Source: Octopus bimaculoides
Taxonomy: Eukaryota
Direction: 5' to 3'
Assembly (NCBI RefSeq): GCF_001194135.2
Contig: NC_068982.1
Coordinates: forward strand, 122,450,239 to 122,486,686
Length of the DNA: 36,448 nucleotides
Positions 33,758 through 36,448 of this stretch are shown here, one piece after another. The translations under genes and the position numbers were made by a program. The notes beneath the pieces were generated by a model. It searched no databases. It had not been told where the DNA came from and saw only the letters and a list, made by a program, of their open reading frames with translations. Within the stretch, counting starts at the first letter, position 1. Each line of letters opens with the position of its first letter.

Positions 33758-34206
33758 GTATGTGTAGTGGCTTCATGCAGGCATGGCGTGGATTCGATCC
33801 TCGATTGCCAAATTTCACATAACAGTTTACCTAAAAGCATTATCTGTTACATATGCAGATGTGTGACTGTGTTTGTCCTCTACTGCTGCTTGACAACCAG
33901 TGTTGTGAGTTGTGTCCTTGTAACTTATCAGTTCAGTAAAAGAGACTGATAAAATAAGTACCAGGCTTAAAAAGTGAGCACTGGGGTTCAATTCATTTGA
34001 CTAAAATTCTTCAAGGCAATGTTCCAGCATTGCTGAAGTCTAACGACTGAAAAACGTAAAAGAGTAAAAGAATAAACCAATGCACAAAATTTGTTTCAGT
34101 TTGATTAAACTAATGTATTTATTTTTTCTTGAAACATGTGAAGGAGGCATTTATAAGACACCATTTTGTGACATGGGCGTTGGCTACGAAAGGTTGAAAA
34201 CCTCTG
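32762..34206. mobile_element. Possible non-autonomous hAT (Charlie-like) element containing nested insertions
   Basis: Left cagtgattcttaacct versus right-end reverse complement cagaggttttcaacct (12/16); 8-bp flanks ttttagat and ctttaaac (5/8). Confidence 0.5.
33155..34077 (+). mobile_element. SINE (head ~33155-33312, tail A ~33850-34077) split by an antisense RTE-type tail (~33313-33590) and (ATGT)n
   Basis: Head and tail both match 21041-21437; the interruption begins catcatcatcatttaacgtcc, the reverse complement of the RTE tail. Confidence 0.8.
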
Positions 34207-35099
34207 CTTTAAACATACAGGTTTGAAGTAGCTAAAGGCATTGATATCTACGTAATAGTTTTAAACTGATAAAGAAAACATATTTCCACTACATATACTG
34301 ATTCTCCTAACTAAACATTAAAATATTTTGTTATATGAGAATCAGTTTTTGTTACACATGTCCTTCAGGAGAGAAATGTTTAAGATATAGGTAATAGCTT
34401 GTGAACCATTGTTACAAAGAAAGAAAAAAGTTTAGAAAGTTGTATTCAACTTAGTCCTTTTATATTTGCATGCAAATATAACAAAGCAAGACTGAATACA
34501 ATAAAAGTTTACAAGTTTGAACTCAAGAAAAAGCATAACAATTAAAACTATGTCAACAGCTAAAGATTATTTTTTTTACGCATCAGAAATACATATTTTT
34601 CTTTGCTTGTATCTATATTGGAGTTACTAAGCATTGTAGGAATAAAATTTATGTAAATATATGCCTTTCACACTTTATACACATAGCATAGGTATCTATT
34701 AAACTGTTTTATGCCTACATATTGCAGATGTAATATATACAATTCATGCAGCATCATCATTTTTGTCGTCATTGTTGCCATCATTGTCATTGTTACTACT
34801 CCCACCACCACCATCATCATTTTATGTCTGCTTTCTATGCTAGCATTGGCTGGATGAGTCATCACGGTTGAAGTCAGCATGTATTCAGGGGTACTACTTA
34901 CATAGATGGGTTGGGAGATCTCATCTCACTTGTGTTTCATTTTTGGCTTAGTTTCTATGAATAGATGCCCTTTTGAAGACCAGCCACTTTACGGAGTGTA
35001 CTGGGTGAGTTTTTCATGACACAAGCACTAGAGAAGTTGCCATGTCCTCAACACAACAAAAGGAACTTCACTACTTTGTATGCCTGCTTGCTCACTAGA

Positions 35100-35750
35100 T
35101 TCTTTAAAAAGTGAGGAACCAGATTGATAGAGACATGAGTTATAATGATAGGAGGGATGTGCAACAAGGGGGAGAGTACTTGAGATGGCAGGGATGTGAT
35201 AGAAGTCTATGTAGCCCAGGGGATAGAGAGCTATGACAGAGACTTAGGAAGTATGGGAGAAAAGGTGCAAGAGTATGATTGCAGTCATGGTGACAGGGCG
35301 TGATGACAGGCAGTATAGAGTGGAGAATGAAGCAAATGTGTAAAATAAGCAAATGTGATCATATGTAACCACATATACATATACATAGGCTATGAAATGG
35401 ACTGGATCAAAAAATGAATGTGATAGCAGGGGTAATGGTAAGTAGGCAAGTCCTTACAACACAAAGGAGTGTAGGAAATGGTCAGAATAGGTGCAGGGGT
35501 ATTTTTAGTTACCTCTGAGGCATTGTACAGTGAACAGTAAACAAAAGAGATCTACTGTCACCCCAGTCATATTAGAAACCTACATAGTACAATGAGGATT
35601 GAGAAGAGGATGGAATGATCCAGAGATGAGCAATAGGCATGGCTGAAAGAATGTGATGTATGGCAAATAGATGTTTAAAAAAGTCATTGGCGAGAGGATA
35701 CAATGTGTGACAACCAGAAGACATCTAATGTCAACCTTAGTCACACTGAT
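35100..35750 (-). mobile_element. Very decayed possible Penelope-like endonuclease C-terminus and 3' region
   Basis: LANDFFKHLFAIHH..MPIAHLW..WGDSR and HFLHSFVL*GL loosely resemble the GIY-YIG C-terminal half of Penelope ORFs. Weak similarity only. Confidence 0.3.
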
Positions 35751-36043
35751 AACATAATAGAGTGAGATTGAGCACAGAAGGAAATGATTGAGAGATAAGT
35801 AATTGAGAGATAGGAGTAGGAAGCAAGAGAGATAAAATGATATATCATTTGACTATATATTATTATATATTTGTATAGCAATCTCTATAGAAGGCATATG
35901 TATCATGATATTTTTGTACAGGTCATGAAGGCATTTTATTATCAATAGATATTTTAAACTCTTGTCTTCACTGATATTTCACAAGCAACAAATAAATTTA
36001 CTATTGCTTATCTTCATAACAATACCCAACAATTTTATATTAC

Positions 36044-36448
36044 ACTAGTAGTATAGCCCGGCTTTGCCCAGGATTAAGTTGGGATTATTAAGCTAATCAA
36101 GTTCTTTATTTCAAACCAAACTAAGTAACATGACGTCAAATTTGGGTAGAATCAGTGTTGCAACTGGAATGCATGGGTTGAGAGTTTGATCGGCAGAGGT
36201 GATCAGGTTACACATGCCATCCCTTTGAAAACACCACCGCCATCATCTAACCCCTCTTTGCTCATGGGTTAGGAACCCTTCCAGCAAAGAAAATAGAATG
36301 ACCAAAAGGGCTCCCGTTTCTCTGTGTCAAAAGCGGTTCTGTTCAGATATGAGAACACGGATGTTACGAAAGTAAAACGTTAATGTTCGAAACTGCAGCA
36401 GGCCATTGATAATTCTTTATTCTGTATATTTCTCATTTTGTCCTGTTC
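36044..36448 (+). mobile_element. Possible non-autonomous Helitron 5' end running off the window
   Basis: actagtagtatagcccggctttgcccagg resembles the actag...cccggcNttgcccggg start of Lep1-type non-autonomous Helitrons; the 3' CTRR end and hairpin are not visible. Confidence 0.45.

Overview
AT-rich, repeat-dense animal genomic DNA with three N-gaps, each flanked by a microsatellite on at least one side. The repeat families resemble ones I associate with Octopus genomes; this is inference from memory, not a database result. I recognise no intact host protein-coding gene, rRNA, tRNA or CRISPR array, so the window looks intronic or intergenic. It is a mosaic of tRNA-derived SINEs, RTE and CR1-like LINE fragments, four distinct decayed Tc1/mariner-superfamily transposons, several MITEs, a hAT-like nest, Penelope-like relics and a Helitron-like end. 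The most notable unexplained structure: (i) a decayed type I hammerhead-ribozyme fold at 4272-4331 (-); (ii) a ~224-bp foldback at 11469-11692 carrying two inverted hammerhead-like motifs with the U3-A8 covariant core; (iii) an RTE LINE with a 5' inversion, lying tail-to-tail with a second RTE end; (iv) a near-perfect 42-bp hairpin at 20678-20779. All coordinates were counted by hand and element edges are approximate.
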